From Octopus bimaculoides (lineage: Eukaryota), in the NCBI RefSeq assembly GCF_001194135.2, contig NC_068991.1, positions 10,531,401-10,581,542 of the forward strand: a stretch of 50,142 bases of DNA, in the 5' to 3' direction. A program made the translations under genes and the position numbers. Positions 22,581 to 34,734 of this stretch are shown one piece after another (the first letter of the stretch is position 1; each line of letters starts with the position of its first letter). The notes beneath the pieces are model-generated. The model was not told where the DNA came from. It did not search any database and worked only from the letters and a program-made list of their open reading frames with translations.

Positions 22581-23344
22581 ATATATATATNNNNNNNNNN
22601 NNNNNNNNNNNNNNNNNNNNNNNNNNNNNNNNNNNNNNNNNNNNNNNNNNNNNNNNNNNNNNNNNNNNNNNNNNNNNNNNNNNNNNNNNNNNNNNNNNNN
22701 NNNNNNNNNNNNNNNNNNNNNNNNNNNNNNNNNNNNNNNNNNNNNNNNNNNNNNNNNNNNNNNNNNNNNNNNNNNNNNNNNNNNNNNNNNNNNNNNNNNN
22801 NNNNNNNNNNNNNNNNNNNNNNNNNNNNNNNNNNNNNNNNNNNNNNNNNNNNNNNNNNNNNNNNNNNNNNNNNNNNNNNNNNNNNNNNNNNNNNNNNNNN
22901 NNNNNNNNNNNNNNNNNNNNNNNNNNNNNNNNNNNNNNNNNNNNNNNNNNNNNNNNNNNNNNNNNNNNNNNNNNNNNNNNNNNNNNNNNNNNNNNNNNNN
23001 NNNNNNNNNNNNNNNNNNNNNNNNNNNNNNNNNNNNNNNNNNNNNNNNNNNNNNNNNNNNNNNNNNNNNNNNNNNNNNNNNNNNNNNNNNNNNNNNNNNN
23101 NNNNNNNNNNNNNNNNNNNNNNNNNNNNNNNNNNNNNNNNNNNNNNNNNNNNNNNNNNNNNNNNNNNNNNNNNNNNNNNNNNNNNNNNNNNNNNNNNNNN
23201 NNNNNNNNNNNNNNNNNNNNNNNNNNNNNNNNNNNNNNNNNNNNNNNNNNNNNNNNNNNNNNNNNNNNNNNNNNNNNNNNNNNNNNNNNNNNNNNNNNNN
23301 NNNNNNNNNNNNNNNNNNNNNNNNNNNNNNNNNNNNNNNNNNNN

Positions 23345-23427
<83 letters not shown>

Positions 23428-23470
23428 ATATATATGTGTGTATGTATGTTTATATATATATATATATAAT
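22490..23470 (+). repeat. Compound microsatellite [(TA)n-TGTATGTATGTT]n spanning a gap
   Basis: The same unit is seen on both sides of gap 22591-23344, just upstream of the F-box exon. Confidence 0.9.
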
Positions 23471-23613
23471 ATGGATAGATAGATAGCTATTAATATGGAT
23501 AATGTTTGGGTGCTGCCTTATCAGCTGAAATGATAATTTTGCCAAGTTATATATATATATATATATATGTGTGTGTATAAAACAGCTGTTTTTTTTTTCT
23601 TCTCTATTGATAG

Positions 23614-23758
23614 ATACGTCAGGGGAGGAGTACTTCCAGGATAAATTACCCGATGAAGTGATGCTGAAGATTTTTAGTTTTCTATTAGAGTTTGATTTGT
23701 GCCGAGCTGCTCAAGTTAGTAAAAGATTCCGTACCATAAGCAATGACAGTGAATTATG
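23614..23758 (+). CDS. FBXO11: FBXO11 F-box exon (145 nt, phase 1 to 2)
   Basis: Polypyrimidine tract + tag| at 23613 and TG|gtaag at 23759. Encodes [48 protein letters not shown], a canonical F-box (LPDEV..KIFS.L...DL...A.V.KRF...ND..LW). It is about 31/48 identical, without gaps, to the recalled human FBXO11 F-box. Confidence 0.95.
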
Positions 23759-23939
23759 GTAAGAAACAACTCATTTTCTATTTAATAAACACCACATCTT
23801 TTCATGTTTGATAATCTTTTATCAATTTACTTATTTCAGTCATTTGAATGCTTCCACGCTGGGGCTCCTGCTTCAAGGTTTCTCATTCATTATATCAGCC
23901 TAGGTCTGTTGTAAACCCCACATCTCATAAGGCTTTAGC

Positions 23940-24182
23940 CTAACTCGGTTTCTATGACATATAAGTGACAGAGATTGCAACACTCTCCCTTGAACAGGAT
24001 GTTGGTCTCTTGCAGGGTGAACTTCTCAGTTATTGCTGGAACTCAATTTACAGCTGAGTGAACTGAAGCAACATAAGATGAAGTATTTAACTCAAGAACA
24101 CAATGCACCACCTGATCTAGGAATCAAAAACCATAATCTCAAGATCATGAGTGCTATACCCTGACTACTTGGCCATGCACCT
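23940..24182 (-). mobile_element. tRNA-derived SINE family G (diverged)
   Basis: Reverse strand reads ggtgcatggccaagtagtcaggg..ggtttttgattcctagatcaggtggtgcattgtgttcttgag..cttcatcttatgttgcttcagttcactcagctgta. It matches plus-strand relatives at about 31300-31480 and 47848-47990. Confidence 0.6.
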
Positions 24183-25360
24183 TCTATTTAATGGTAAATT
24201 AAAACCTGCTACATGCTGACAGGAACAATTAAGTGATCCCTCTGACAGGTTTCCGCATAGTTTCCCCTCTACCATATCTTATCTCCACGGTCTTTTGTCA
24301 GCCCAAAACCCTTGTGATAGAAGACATTTGCTCAAAGTTCTTTGCTGCTATGCAATGGGAGCGAGCCAAGAATCCTGTCTATTGTGAAGAATATGTCTTA
24401 ACCATACCGCATGCCGACTCTTCCTTACCCTACCTCATTCTCATGGTCTTGTGCCTATGCTAGAAATCAATATTTATTTCTAAAATAGATTAATTACAGC
24501 CATTTATTTGATGAATGTTTAGTTTTGTTTTTGTTATTTTCTCCTTCTTCTTCTTTTGTTGAAGAATATTTCAAGAAACTGGAAAGAATCCAAGTCTAAA
24601 CCAGGAATCTTTGAAACAGGCAGGAGATAAATATTTCATAGAATCTCTTATCTTTTATGTTTGGTTCGACTGTTTAGTTTCTGATCCTGGGATTAGTTTA
24701 GTTATTGTCTGTTGTAGTTATTGTCTGTTGTTTGTCTGTTTGAGAACGACTGAATGTAATTGTTACTCAATATTTCTCTGACAAGGCTGTCTGCAGTTAA
24801 ATCGGTTGGTTGGTATCAATTACTCCGAAGGTCAGACTCTACAGAAATCTGCAGCGAGCCAGGTGTATTTTTTTTTCTTTTTTTTTTTCGGTTTTCATTA
24901 ACATAGCCATTACTGGAATAAGTGCTTTCTTGCAAGATATATTTTATCTGCTCTGCTGTCTGCCTGTTAGTCTGACTTGTCTAAGCTTGCTTTATTTAAG
25001 TCTGCCTTTCAACTTAAGGTTTTCTCATGTTACATGTTACTGTTGTGGCTTTTTGATGAGGTAGTCAAGAGTTGTCTGAATATAGGTCAGTAAAAACTTC
25101 ATCTACACTTGGGATCAGTTCAGAAAACTCTTTTATTAATGGCCCATTTATAATTTTTTTTTCTTGTTTTTTTTTTGTTTTTTTTTACATTTGCCCTTGG
25201 CCAACATATTATATCATATTTTACATATAAATGTATCCCAATGTGTCCACCCATTTCTATTACTGACAATGCTTATGTAACTGGAAACCCAGCAAATCAT
25301 GACAAAAAATGACTTTCTGAAATTCATCAACTATTCGTTGGTTCATTTATATTAAATCCA

Positions 25361-25978
25361 TTGACCCTTTAGCATTTAAACTGGCCAGGAATGGCTGTTT
25401 GGTAGCTTGCTTACCAACCACATGGTTCTGGGTTCAGTCCCACTACATGGCACCTTGGGCAAGTGTCTTCTACTATAGCCTCAGGCCAACCAAAGCCTTG
25501 TGAGTGGATTTGGTAGACGGAAACTGAAAGAAGCCCATCGTATATATGTATATATATGTATGTGTTTATGTGTTTGTGTGTCTGTGTTTGTCCCCCCAAC
25601 ATCGCTTGACAACTGATGCTGGTGTGTTTACGTCCCTTTAACTTAGCGGTTTGGCAAAAGTGACCGATAGAATAAGTACTAGGCTTACAAAGAGTAAGTC
25701 TGGGGTCGATTTGCTTGACTAAAGGCGGTGCTCCAGCATGGCCGCAGTCAAATGACTGAAACAAGTGAAAGAGAGTAAAAGAGTATATCTGGCCCAAATA
25801 TTCTACTTGTTTTATGTTCAAACTGGCCAGAGATGGCCTCTCACACTTAACCTACAATGTCATTCTAAATATAAACACACACCTCATAAAAATCCTGAAG
25901 CCCACAAGTTAATGCATGATTACTTCAAAATAATGTGAACAAATAAGACTTATGTTTGACAGAAAGCTGAAGGGTTAA
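25361..25978. mobile_element. piggyBac-type MITE, older copy carrying a nested SINE
   Basis: ttga-ccctttagcatttaaa ... gctgaaggg-ttaa termini. The interior (tcaaactggc..ctctcacac.taacctaca.tg.cattctaaa.ataaaca) matches 7775-7995. Confidence 0.8.
25387..25784 (+). mobile_element. SINE family B inserted inside a piggyBac-type MITE
   Basis: Matches 7081-7497 apart from the first few bases. It splits the MITE sequence tttaaactggcc|atatctggcccaaatattct, which is contiguous at about 7785-7818. Confidence 0.88.
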
Positions 25979-26664
25979 ATATGAAAAGTTACTGGTAAAA
26001 GTCTGAGGCACATGGACAATGAATACATCACAGGCCTGCTTATAAGGCCACTGCCTACTTATTGCCAAGTCCTCCTTCACGCACACTGCAATGGAGCAGC
26101 TTGAGAAGAAGCTACCTATCCATAGATACGAGAGATAGGGGAAAGATTATAAGGGGTAAGCAATCAGTTGTTTGTTTGTGAAAGTTCTTTCGTCTCCCCT
26201 TGTGACCTTTTCAGTGATTTTAGTGACTCCCACTTTTGCTCCAAAGCCTGCCTTGCAGTGAGAGAGGAAATCAGTGAGTCACTGAGTCACTGAAAAGGTT
26301 GCGAACAGTGACTGAAGAAGTTTGACTGACAAACAACACATTGATTGTTTAACCAGCACATTAAAGAAACGATTGATTAGTTATAAGGGCTAATTGTGCC
26401 AGTGAAACCTTGCTGACATTAATTACAATGATGTTGCTTTCCCTGAAGTTAGAGAGAGAGAGAGAGAGAGGCAGACACATACAGACAGATGGACAGATAC
26501 AGACAGAAAGCACTGATGTGTGACATGCAATCAAGGTCTCCAGTAGATCTGGTTTCATTGGTATTACACTACTGGCCACCACTGAAGTTAACAGCACACG
26601 AAACAGTAATGATTAAAATAGAAGCTGTGTACATTTATATGTAACATATTTATCTTTTATCTTG

Positions 26665-27070
26665 TGTCTTTTACTTGTTTCAGTCATTAAACTGTGGCCA
26701 TGCTGGGGCACCGCCTTGAAGAATTTTTAGTTGAATGAATTGACCCTACAATTTTTTTTTTTTTAAACCTGGTTTTTATTCTGTTAATCTCTTTTACTGT
26801 ATCCCTAAATCATGGAGACATGATCACACCAGCATCAGTTGTCAAGGGATAGTGGGGAACAAACACAGTCACAAAGGTGCACGCATGTGTGCACATACAC
26901 GTCCATACACACAAACTTCTTTCAGTTTCATCTACCAGATCCAACCACAAGGCTTTGGTTGGCCCTGGGCTGTAGTAGAAGACACTTCCCCAAGGTACCA
27001 TGCAGTGGGATTGAACCTGGAACCATGTGGCCAAGAAGCAAGCTTCTTACAACACAGTCATGTCTGCGCC
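26665..27070 (-). mobile_element. SINE family B, diverged full-length copy
   Basis: Both halves recognisable by similarity to the 7081-7497 and 1120-1510 copies. Confidence 0.75.
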
Positions 27071-27552
27071 TATTTGCATACATTCATATATGGAATATAT
27101 CTTTGCTGCAGCAACTGTCTTGGAGAAATTCTCCTTCTAGGCTATATATGTAAAAACATACCAAGCTGATGTTGCTGGACTGGAAAACATTTGTTTCTGT
27201 GTAGTTACGTTTCATTAGTTACGGACACTGAATCCTCTAAGAACCGCTGTACTGTAAACAGCAAAATGTACACTGACTGGTGAGTGCTAAGTTTTATAGA
27301 CAATAATTAATAATGAAGATGGCTATTTTTGACCATTTCCATCATCTTTTGAATCCTTTGGTAACATAAAAGATAGACCAGTAATTGATAGAGTCAAAGA
27401 AGTACTGGGGTCGATTTGTTCAACTAAATTTCTTCAAGGTGGTGCCCCAGTATGACTACAGTTTAAGGACTGAAACAATTAAAAGATAAAGAATAACTGC
27501 CCCCTACTTTCTTTTCAAGATACTTCATATCCCTGACTGAATTATCTACCAT

Positions 27553-27722
27553 ATCATCATCATCATCATCATCATCGTTTAACGTCCGCTTTCCATGCTA
27601 GCATGGGTTGGACGATTTGACTGAGGACTGGTGAAACCAGATGGCTACACCAGGCTCCAATCTGATTTGGCAGAGTTTCTACAGCTGGATGCCCTTCCTA
27701 AAGTCAACCACTCAGAGAGTGT
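27553..27722 (-). mobile_element. Family E 3' end
   Basis: Near-identical to 2425-2575. More diverged relatives lie at about 18310-18520, 28495-28720, 29660-29750, 33640-33770 and 39010-39277. Confidence 0.85.
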
Positions 27723-28176
27723 AGTACACAAGTATATATACACAAGTATATATATATATATATATATATTCAATCATTGTTAGAACAGAACGGTTAAATT
27801 CGGTGAAAAGATTTGGTTGCTATGTCTAGCAGCCTGACCAACCACATAGAGGTTTCCTTGCTGGCTTGCAGTTTGTCCTGATAATAGATGGTTGGCATTG
27901 AGAGTCTACCAAATGTCGTCAGCAAATGACTATTCTGTCTCGTTAGACTTAAAAAAAAAAAAAAAAAAAAAAAGACCTTCTTGCATCAAACATTAGTTAT
28001 TTGTTCCAAGCAAGTTAACTAATGTTTTCATTAATGCAATTTATTTAATATGCATAACAACTGTCATAAAGCCAGGAAAACAACTTCCTCCTTCATTTGA
28101 CATCTGGCTTTTTTCATCTGTTTCTTTCTTGTTTTTTTTTCTTTTTTTATGAGAGTTTTATTTTTGTTTTTTTTTA

Positions 28177-28235
<59 letters not shown>

Positions 28236-28379
28236 TTTATTTACTTTTTGTAATTTATATATAGAGAGGGAGACAGTAATTCTAGTTGACAGTTACTGCT
28301 TTATTGATTTATTGATCTTTCATCCTTTCTTTGTTTCTGGGGGCTAGCAAATCTGAATTAACATCTCAAATAGCTAATG

Positions 28380-28457
<78 letters not shown>

Positions 28458-29318
28458 ACAGACACACACGCAAATACACACACACACATATCTCAGTCTT
28501 CATCATTCAATGTCCATTTTTCCAGGCTTGCATGTGTCAGACAGAATTTATTGAGGCAGATTTTTTCTAAGGCTTGATGTCCTTCTTGATGCCAACCCCC
28601 CCTCCCACTTATTTCCAAGTCAAATAATATCTTCCCATTGCTAGACATGTTTTTTGCACAGGACTGAAAGCGAAGAAACTTACAACCATCACGTGATGTC
28701 TAGACAAGAATACACACACACACACACACACACATACATACACACACACACATACATACATACATACACACACGTAATATTCTTTTATTATTTTACTTGT
28801 TTCAGTCATTTTGACTGCAGCCATACTGGAGCATTGCCTTAAAAGGTTTTTTAGTCGAAGAAATCAATCCTTGGGACTTATTCTTTGTTAGCCTAGAACT
28901 TACTGTATCAGTCTCTTTTGCCGTACCAAATGGGAGATGAAGCCCAATGAATGACTATACTATAAAACAAAGTTAAATGCTTTTTCTAGGTGGTGCTATT
29001 AAGTTAGTATATCTGTCTGTCTGTATATATATAATAAACCGATTGGGCCTGTGGCAGGTACTTAGATGGTTCAGTGCCCAGGAAAATTCATTCATGAAAG
29101 TCTATAAGCCTTTACACATATGTATACATTGTTGGGGGATACACTGTATATATATACATAACATATTGAGGTCTTGCAATAAATATTTGTACTTCAATAA
29201 GAATCCATTTGATTGCTACAAGCATAATGTATATCTGCCTGTCAATGCCAGCATATATGTGTGTGTGTGTGTGTGTGTGTGTATTCTGTGTAAATTAAGA
29301 AACGGTGATGATTGGAAA

Positions 29319-29597
29319 TTCCGTAAATAATAATTATACGGTTTAAGCTTATAAGTGTTCACTGTGTATTGGCTATAGAAAATAGTCAAATGCTGAGCAT
29401 ATAAGCCCTCGACAGAAAAATATGGGTATTAGTATGTGTGGGAATCAAAAAAATATAGGCGTGGGTTCGATTCCCACATGTGCTAACAGCCATCGTTTTC
29501 TGTTGAGGGCTTATATGCTCAATATTTGACTATTTTCTATAGCCAATACCAGCGAACGCTTATAAACTCAAAGTTTATATAATTATTATTTACAGAA
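29319..29597. repeat. Long fold-back inverted repeat (~120-bp arms, ~22-nt loop)
   Basis: Left arm taaataataattata..gtattggctatagaaaatagtcaaat..gagcatataagccctc.acagaaaa..tgtgggaatc is the reverse complement of the right arm gattcccaca..ttttctgttgagggcttatatgctc..atttgactattttctatagccaatac..tataattattattta. Confidence 0.92.
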
Positions 29598-29743
29598 ATA
29601 TATATATATATATATATGTATGACACTTCTTCAGCGATGCTAGCTAATATATATATATCATCATTGTTTTCACCATTTAATGACTGTTTTCCATGCTGGC
29701 ATGGGTTGGACTGTTTGATAGGAGCTGGCCAGCTGAAGAGCTA

Positions 29744-29823
29744 CCTAGGCTCCATGTGTTTTGCCTAGGCTCCATGTGTTTTGCCTAGGCTCCATGTGTT
29801 TTGCCTAGGCTCCATGTGTTTAT
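29744..29823 (+). repeat. 20-bp tandem repeat x4 (cctaggctccatgtgttttg)
   Basis: Four near-perfect units inside a family E remnant. Confidence 0.9.
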
Positions 29824-29960
29824 GCGGTGCCACATAAAACACAAGATTAAACCACATTTGAAGACTTAAGACACTTGTGCAGCAGAAACATGTTAGAATT
29901 TTATATGCTGAAAGTAAAATTTTAATTAAAGATGTATAATTCTTCATTCTTTATTATGTC

Positions 29961-30009
<49 letters not shown>

Positions 30010-30318
30010 AAGCACATGCCAGTTAGTTGACATTAACATAATGTATATATTAATGGTCAACACCAGTATAATATATATATATATCATTTCATTAATGCCA
30101 ACATAATATCAGTTGGTCAATGTCAATACAATATACATCAGTTAGTCAACACTGACTTAATGTAAGATTTATTAAATGTAATATAACTGAAATGGAACAC
30201 TCGAAATGTATAAAATATGAATAATGACAACATTCGTGTTAAAAGTCATCTACTTTGTTAAGAAAGAACTAATTATTCAATTAAATCTTACAGTATATAT
30301 AACACTGTAGAATATATA

Positions 30319-30545
30319 TTGCGTTGTCCGGAAAGTTTGTGCCGATTTTTAAAGAAAGGAAAAGGTCAATAAATACTTGCCATTACATTTTTAATCAACC
30401 AAATATGAACCATTTTGTTCAACAATGCGTCTCCATCTTTCCTTTAACTTGCAAATACCCTCTTCCCAAAATTGAGGTGGTTTCATGGCAAATAAGTCGA
30501 AAGGTAAGCTACTATAAATCGGCACGAACTTTCCAGACAACCCAA
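30319..30545 (-). mobile_element. Internally deleted mariner element retaining the transposase C-terminus
   Basis: TA-ttgcgttgtccggaaagtttgtgccgattt ... aaatcggcacgaactttccagacaacccaa-TA, with ~30-bp TIRs differing at 3 positions. Minus strand 30498-30391 encodes DLFAMKPPQFWEEGICKLKERWRRIVEQNGSYLVD*, the classic mariner transposase end (F..K...F...GI.KL.ERW..VVE.NG.Y). Confidence 0.92.
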
Positions 30546-30849
30546 TACAATACTACACAATATAGACAATATATATATACAATACAATATCTTATATATA
30601 TCATGACTTTATGCCATGAAAGAATTCCATATCTTTAAGGAGAACTAATTGATATATGTGTACAGTTCAGGATCTGTTAATATGTTTCATTCATGAAAAA
30701 GTCCCAGCACCATGTTGCTATGCATTATATATGTATAATCATAAGACTTTTTCCCATTGATGATTGTCTATGTAACTTGTGAAACTTGTATGTAATGCAT
30801 GAAATGCCTGGATAGTGCTCTGTCGGAAAATATCAGACTCTAAAGGTTC

Positions 30850-31270
30850 AGGGATGGGTGTGTGCTTAAAAAGCTTGCTGTGTAACTATATGGTTTCGGG
30901 TTCAGTCTCACTGTATGGCACCTTGGGCAAGTGTCTTCTACTGTAGCCCTGAACCAATTAATGCCTTGCGAGGAAATTTGCTAGATGGAAACTGTGCGAA
31001 AGCCCATCATTTATGTATATTATATTTGGGTATATGTGTGTTTGCCTTTCACCACTACTTGACAACAAGTGTTCATTTGTTAACATCCTCATAGAAGTTA
31101 GACAAAAGCAATCAATAGAATAAGTATCAAACTTAAAAAAACATTAAACAAAGCAAAAGAAAAAAAGGCAAAAACAATTACTGGGGTTTGATTTGTTTGA
31201 CTAAAATCCTTCAATGCAGTGCCCCAGCTTGGCCACAGACTAAAGACTGAAATGATCATAGGATAAAAGT
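30850..31270 (+). mobile_element. SINE family B-related, diverged copy
   Basis: ggtttcgggttcagtctcactgtatggcaccttgggcaagtgtcttctactgtagcc head/body and gtgccccagcttggccacagact..gactgaaa tail. Confidence 0.7.
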
Positions 31271-32239
31271 CTATCCTGGTATTAACATTCACCATATAGC
31301 ATTGTACATAGCCTAGTGGTAAGAGCATTACAATCATGTTCAAAACGTCCGAGTTCAATTCCTAGGACCTCAGTGCACTGAGTCCTTGAAGAAGGCACGT
31401 ACTTCATTTCATGTTGCTTCAATTTACTCAGCTGAAATGAGTACCAGCGGAGTGCTGATGTGGCCCTCAAATCTCCCGTCTCCTGCCAGCTGTTACATCC
31501 GGGACATTCTGTTCTGCTGGTTGAAGGGAAGGGCCTCTGCCTGTTCAGACACTACAGCGACATCTAAAACAATTAACATGGTACATGTTACCAAGTTACG
31601 CTGGATTCTGAGTGACAGCTGTAGTTTGTAGTGTATAAGCAAAGTATATATTGCAAAATCTAGTGACACACACACACAGTCACACACACATTTACATGCA
31701 TATACATACATACATATATACATGCATGTATGCTACTTATACCAGCGAAATAAAGTTTGTATGTGTACATAAATATCTCTGTGTTGTTGTTGTTGTTGTT
31801 GTTGGCGGTGGTTATGTTTGTGTATATATAATCCAACACATTCACCCCCGCCACACACACAGCTTTTTCCCCGCCTTAACTGTTTTTAACATGTCTAAGA
31901 TAGCTTCCCTATCAAATTTTTTTTTTTTTGGTGGTGGTGGTGGTAGGGTGTGTGTGTGTGAAATATTTGCAGCATATATTTTTACAGCTGGATACCCTTA
32001 ATATTAAATGGTGACCACTCAGCCGTAAAATAGGTATGGTGCCTGCCTGTCTCTCATGAAATTACCACAAGCATTGATTTCCACTCTCAGTCCAAACAAT
32101 GTAAGCCCAGGCTTCCCCAATATACAGAACAAGATCTGCATCTCACTGGATTTCTTTCCAATCACACCCAACTATCTTCAAGAGAAAGGGCACATTTGAG
32201 ACTGTTTGTGCATTCTAATATACATGCATCATATTCTTT

Positions 32240-32600
32240 ATTTTTTACTTGTTTCAGTCATTAGACTGTGGCCATGCTGGAGCACCACCTTGAAGAATTT
32301 TTTGGCAAATGATTCGATGCCTGTACTTATTTTTTTTCTTTTACGCCTGGTGCTTATTCTATTGGTTTCGTTTGTCGAAAAAAAAAAAAAAACGCTAAGT
32401 TACAGGGAGGTAAACACACCAACACTGGTTGTCAAGTGGTGGTGGGGGACAAACACAAAGATACACACACGAACATGCACGCACACGCACACACATACAA
32501 TAGTTTTCTTTCACTTTCCATCTACCAAATCCACTCACAAGACCTTGGTCAGCCCGAAGCTATATAGTAGAAGACACTTGACCAAGGTGCTACAGAGACT
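32240..32600 (-). mobile_element. SINE family B, diverged copy
   Basis: tttacttgtttcagtcattagactgtggccatgctggagcacc tail and tttccatctaccaaatccactcacaag body, reverse orientation. Confidence 0.75.
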
Positions 32601-32721
32601 GAGATTGTCCACTGCACAAACACACACACACACACACAGGTGCACGCACACACAGGTGCACACACACACACACACACAGGTGCACACACACACACACAGG
32701 TGCACACACACACATGCACAA

Positions 32722-33050
32722 TATGGAAAATAGGTGTTAAAGAATGAATGCCTTGTGAAAGCTGCACAAGTCTTATACAAAGATGCAATAAGTAAAGTGA
32801 GAGTCAACAACAACCTGAGTTAAGAATTTAGCATGAGGGCTGGAGTCTATCAGGGCTCAGCCGTTTATTCCCTTCTCTTCCTTGTAGTCTGATTGGCCAT
32901 CACAAGAGTTTAAGACTGGTTGTTCACGAAAATTCTCCTCTGTGCTAATGATATGATTTTCATGGGTGAATCTATTGAGAAATTAGAGAGGAAATCTCAG
33001 GCATGGCAGCTACACCTGGAAGTGAGAGGTCATAAGGTAAACTTAACAGT
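32722..33050 (+). mobile_element. RTE-type LINE reverse-transcriptase remnant (stops and frameshifts)
   Basis: LVKAAQVLYKDAISKVRVNNNLS*EFSMRAGVYQGSAVYSLLFLVV*LAIT..FKTGC..LLCANDMIFMGESIEKLERKSQAWQLHLEVRGHKVNLT contains the GVHQGS and degenerate YADD motifs in RTE-like context. Confidence 0.85.
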
Positions 33051-34246
33051 TGTAGAATTAATAGTTACACTCTTGTTTCAGTATTGAGTGCTTTTCCTCA
33101 AGCTTGCAAATTCAAATGTGTTACGTGTATATNNNNNNNNNNNNNNNNNNNNNNNNNNNNNNNNNNNNNNNNNNNNNNNNNNNNNNNNNNNNNNNNNNNN
33201 NNNNNNNNNNNNNNNNNNNNNNNNNNNNNNNNNNNNNNNNNNNNNNNNNNNNNNNNNNNNNNNNNNNNNNNNNNNNNNNNNNNNNNNNNNNNNNNNNNNN
33301 NNNNNNNNNNNNNNNNNNNNNNNNNNNNNNNNNNNNNNNNNNNNNNNNNNNNNNNNNNNNNNNNNNATATATATACATATGATATGCATGCGTATATGTT
33401 TGTATGCACCCTATCTACTCTCTCAGATTCTCCCCCACCCCCGTTAGTCGAGAGGGCTTTCCCCTTTCCCCACCTTTTTTTTTTTTTTACATTTTCTTGT
33501 TGTTTTCCTATCTTGCAAGTTATTTGGCAGCCCCACTCATACCAGTGGCACACACACACATATATATATATATATGAAATGAAAATAAAAAATGCAAAGA
33601 ATGAAAGCATCCAGTACATAGTGAAAAGAAAGTGGCTGACATTAGGAAGGGCATTCAGTAATAGAAACCATGCCGAAGCTGACATAGAGCTCAGCATAGC
33701 CCTGCAGCTCAATGGATCCTGCCAAACCATGCCAGCACGGAAAATGGACATTAAATGATGATGATGATGATTGTGTATATGTGTGTGTGTGTGTGTGTAT
33801 ATATATAAATATATGTATCATATTCCTCTCTAGCTGTATATTCATTGCATGTAAATTTGTTTTCTTTTATATATANNNNNNNNNNNNNNNNNNNNNNNNN
33901 NNNNNNNNNNNNNNNNNNNNNNNNNNNNNNNNNNNNNNTTATATGTATTTATATATATATATATATATGTGTGTGTATGTATGTATGTATGTGTGTATAT
34001 ATTTGTTAATGTCCGGCTCCTAGTGTAGTGAAATATGTGATTTACTGACATTTTATGTTATTGTGTGTATCGCAAGAACACAGACCCACAGCTATAAATA
34101 TACACACACCTATCTATCTTGGTCTGACATTTGGAAAATGGCAGGCTTAGAGCAGTGGCAACCTATTGAACTTTGTGTTAGTCATTGGGATGTGTGTGTG
34201 TGTCTATATATATGTGTGTATGTGTTTGTCTGTGTGTATGTGTGTG

Positions 34247-34292
<46 letters not shown>

Positions 34293-34734
34293 TGAGTGTG
34301 TGCATGTGTGTATGTATGTGTGTATATGCAATGTGGGGAACAGATTTTCTTTCAAATATGTTTTATTGAAAAGTTGTAAAGGAGAAGTGATTTGTATTGA
34401 AAACATGACTGACTGTGTTATAATAGCTATAGAATTAGCTGAANNNNNNNNNNCAAAAGAGGCAAAGACTCGTGAAAATGCATGGCACCCACTCATAAAC
34501 TGACACCAATAATATACCACTAAGAAAGAAAAGATAGAAAAGAATGCCTCTCTAACATTGAAAACCTTGAATTCACTGCTCTCTCGTTTCTCCCAAATTC
34601 AATGCTATTGCAGATCTTACTACAAATATTTGGCATCTCACTGCCTCTGGAAGTGCTGTGCACTACTGTCCTTGTTCTTAAAATGATTCTCGAAGTCCTT
34701 CAATGATTTTTTTTTTTCAGTCTTTCCTTTCATT

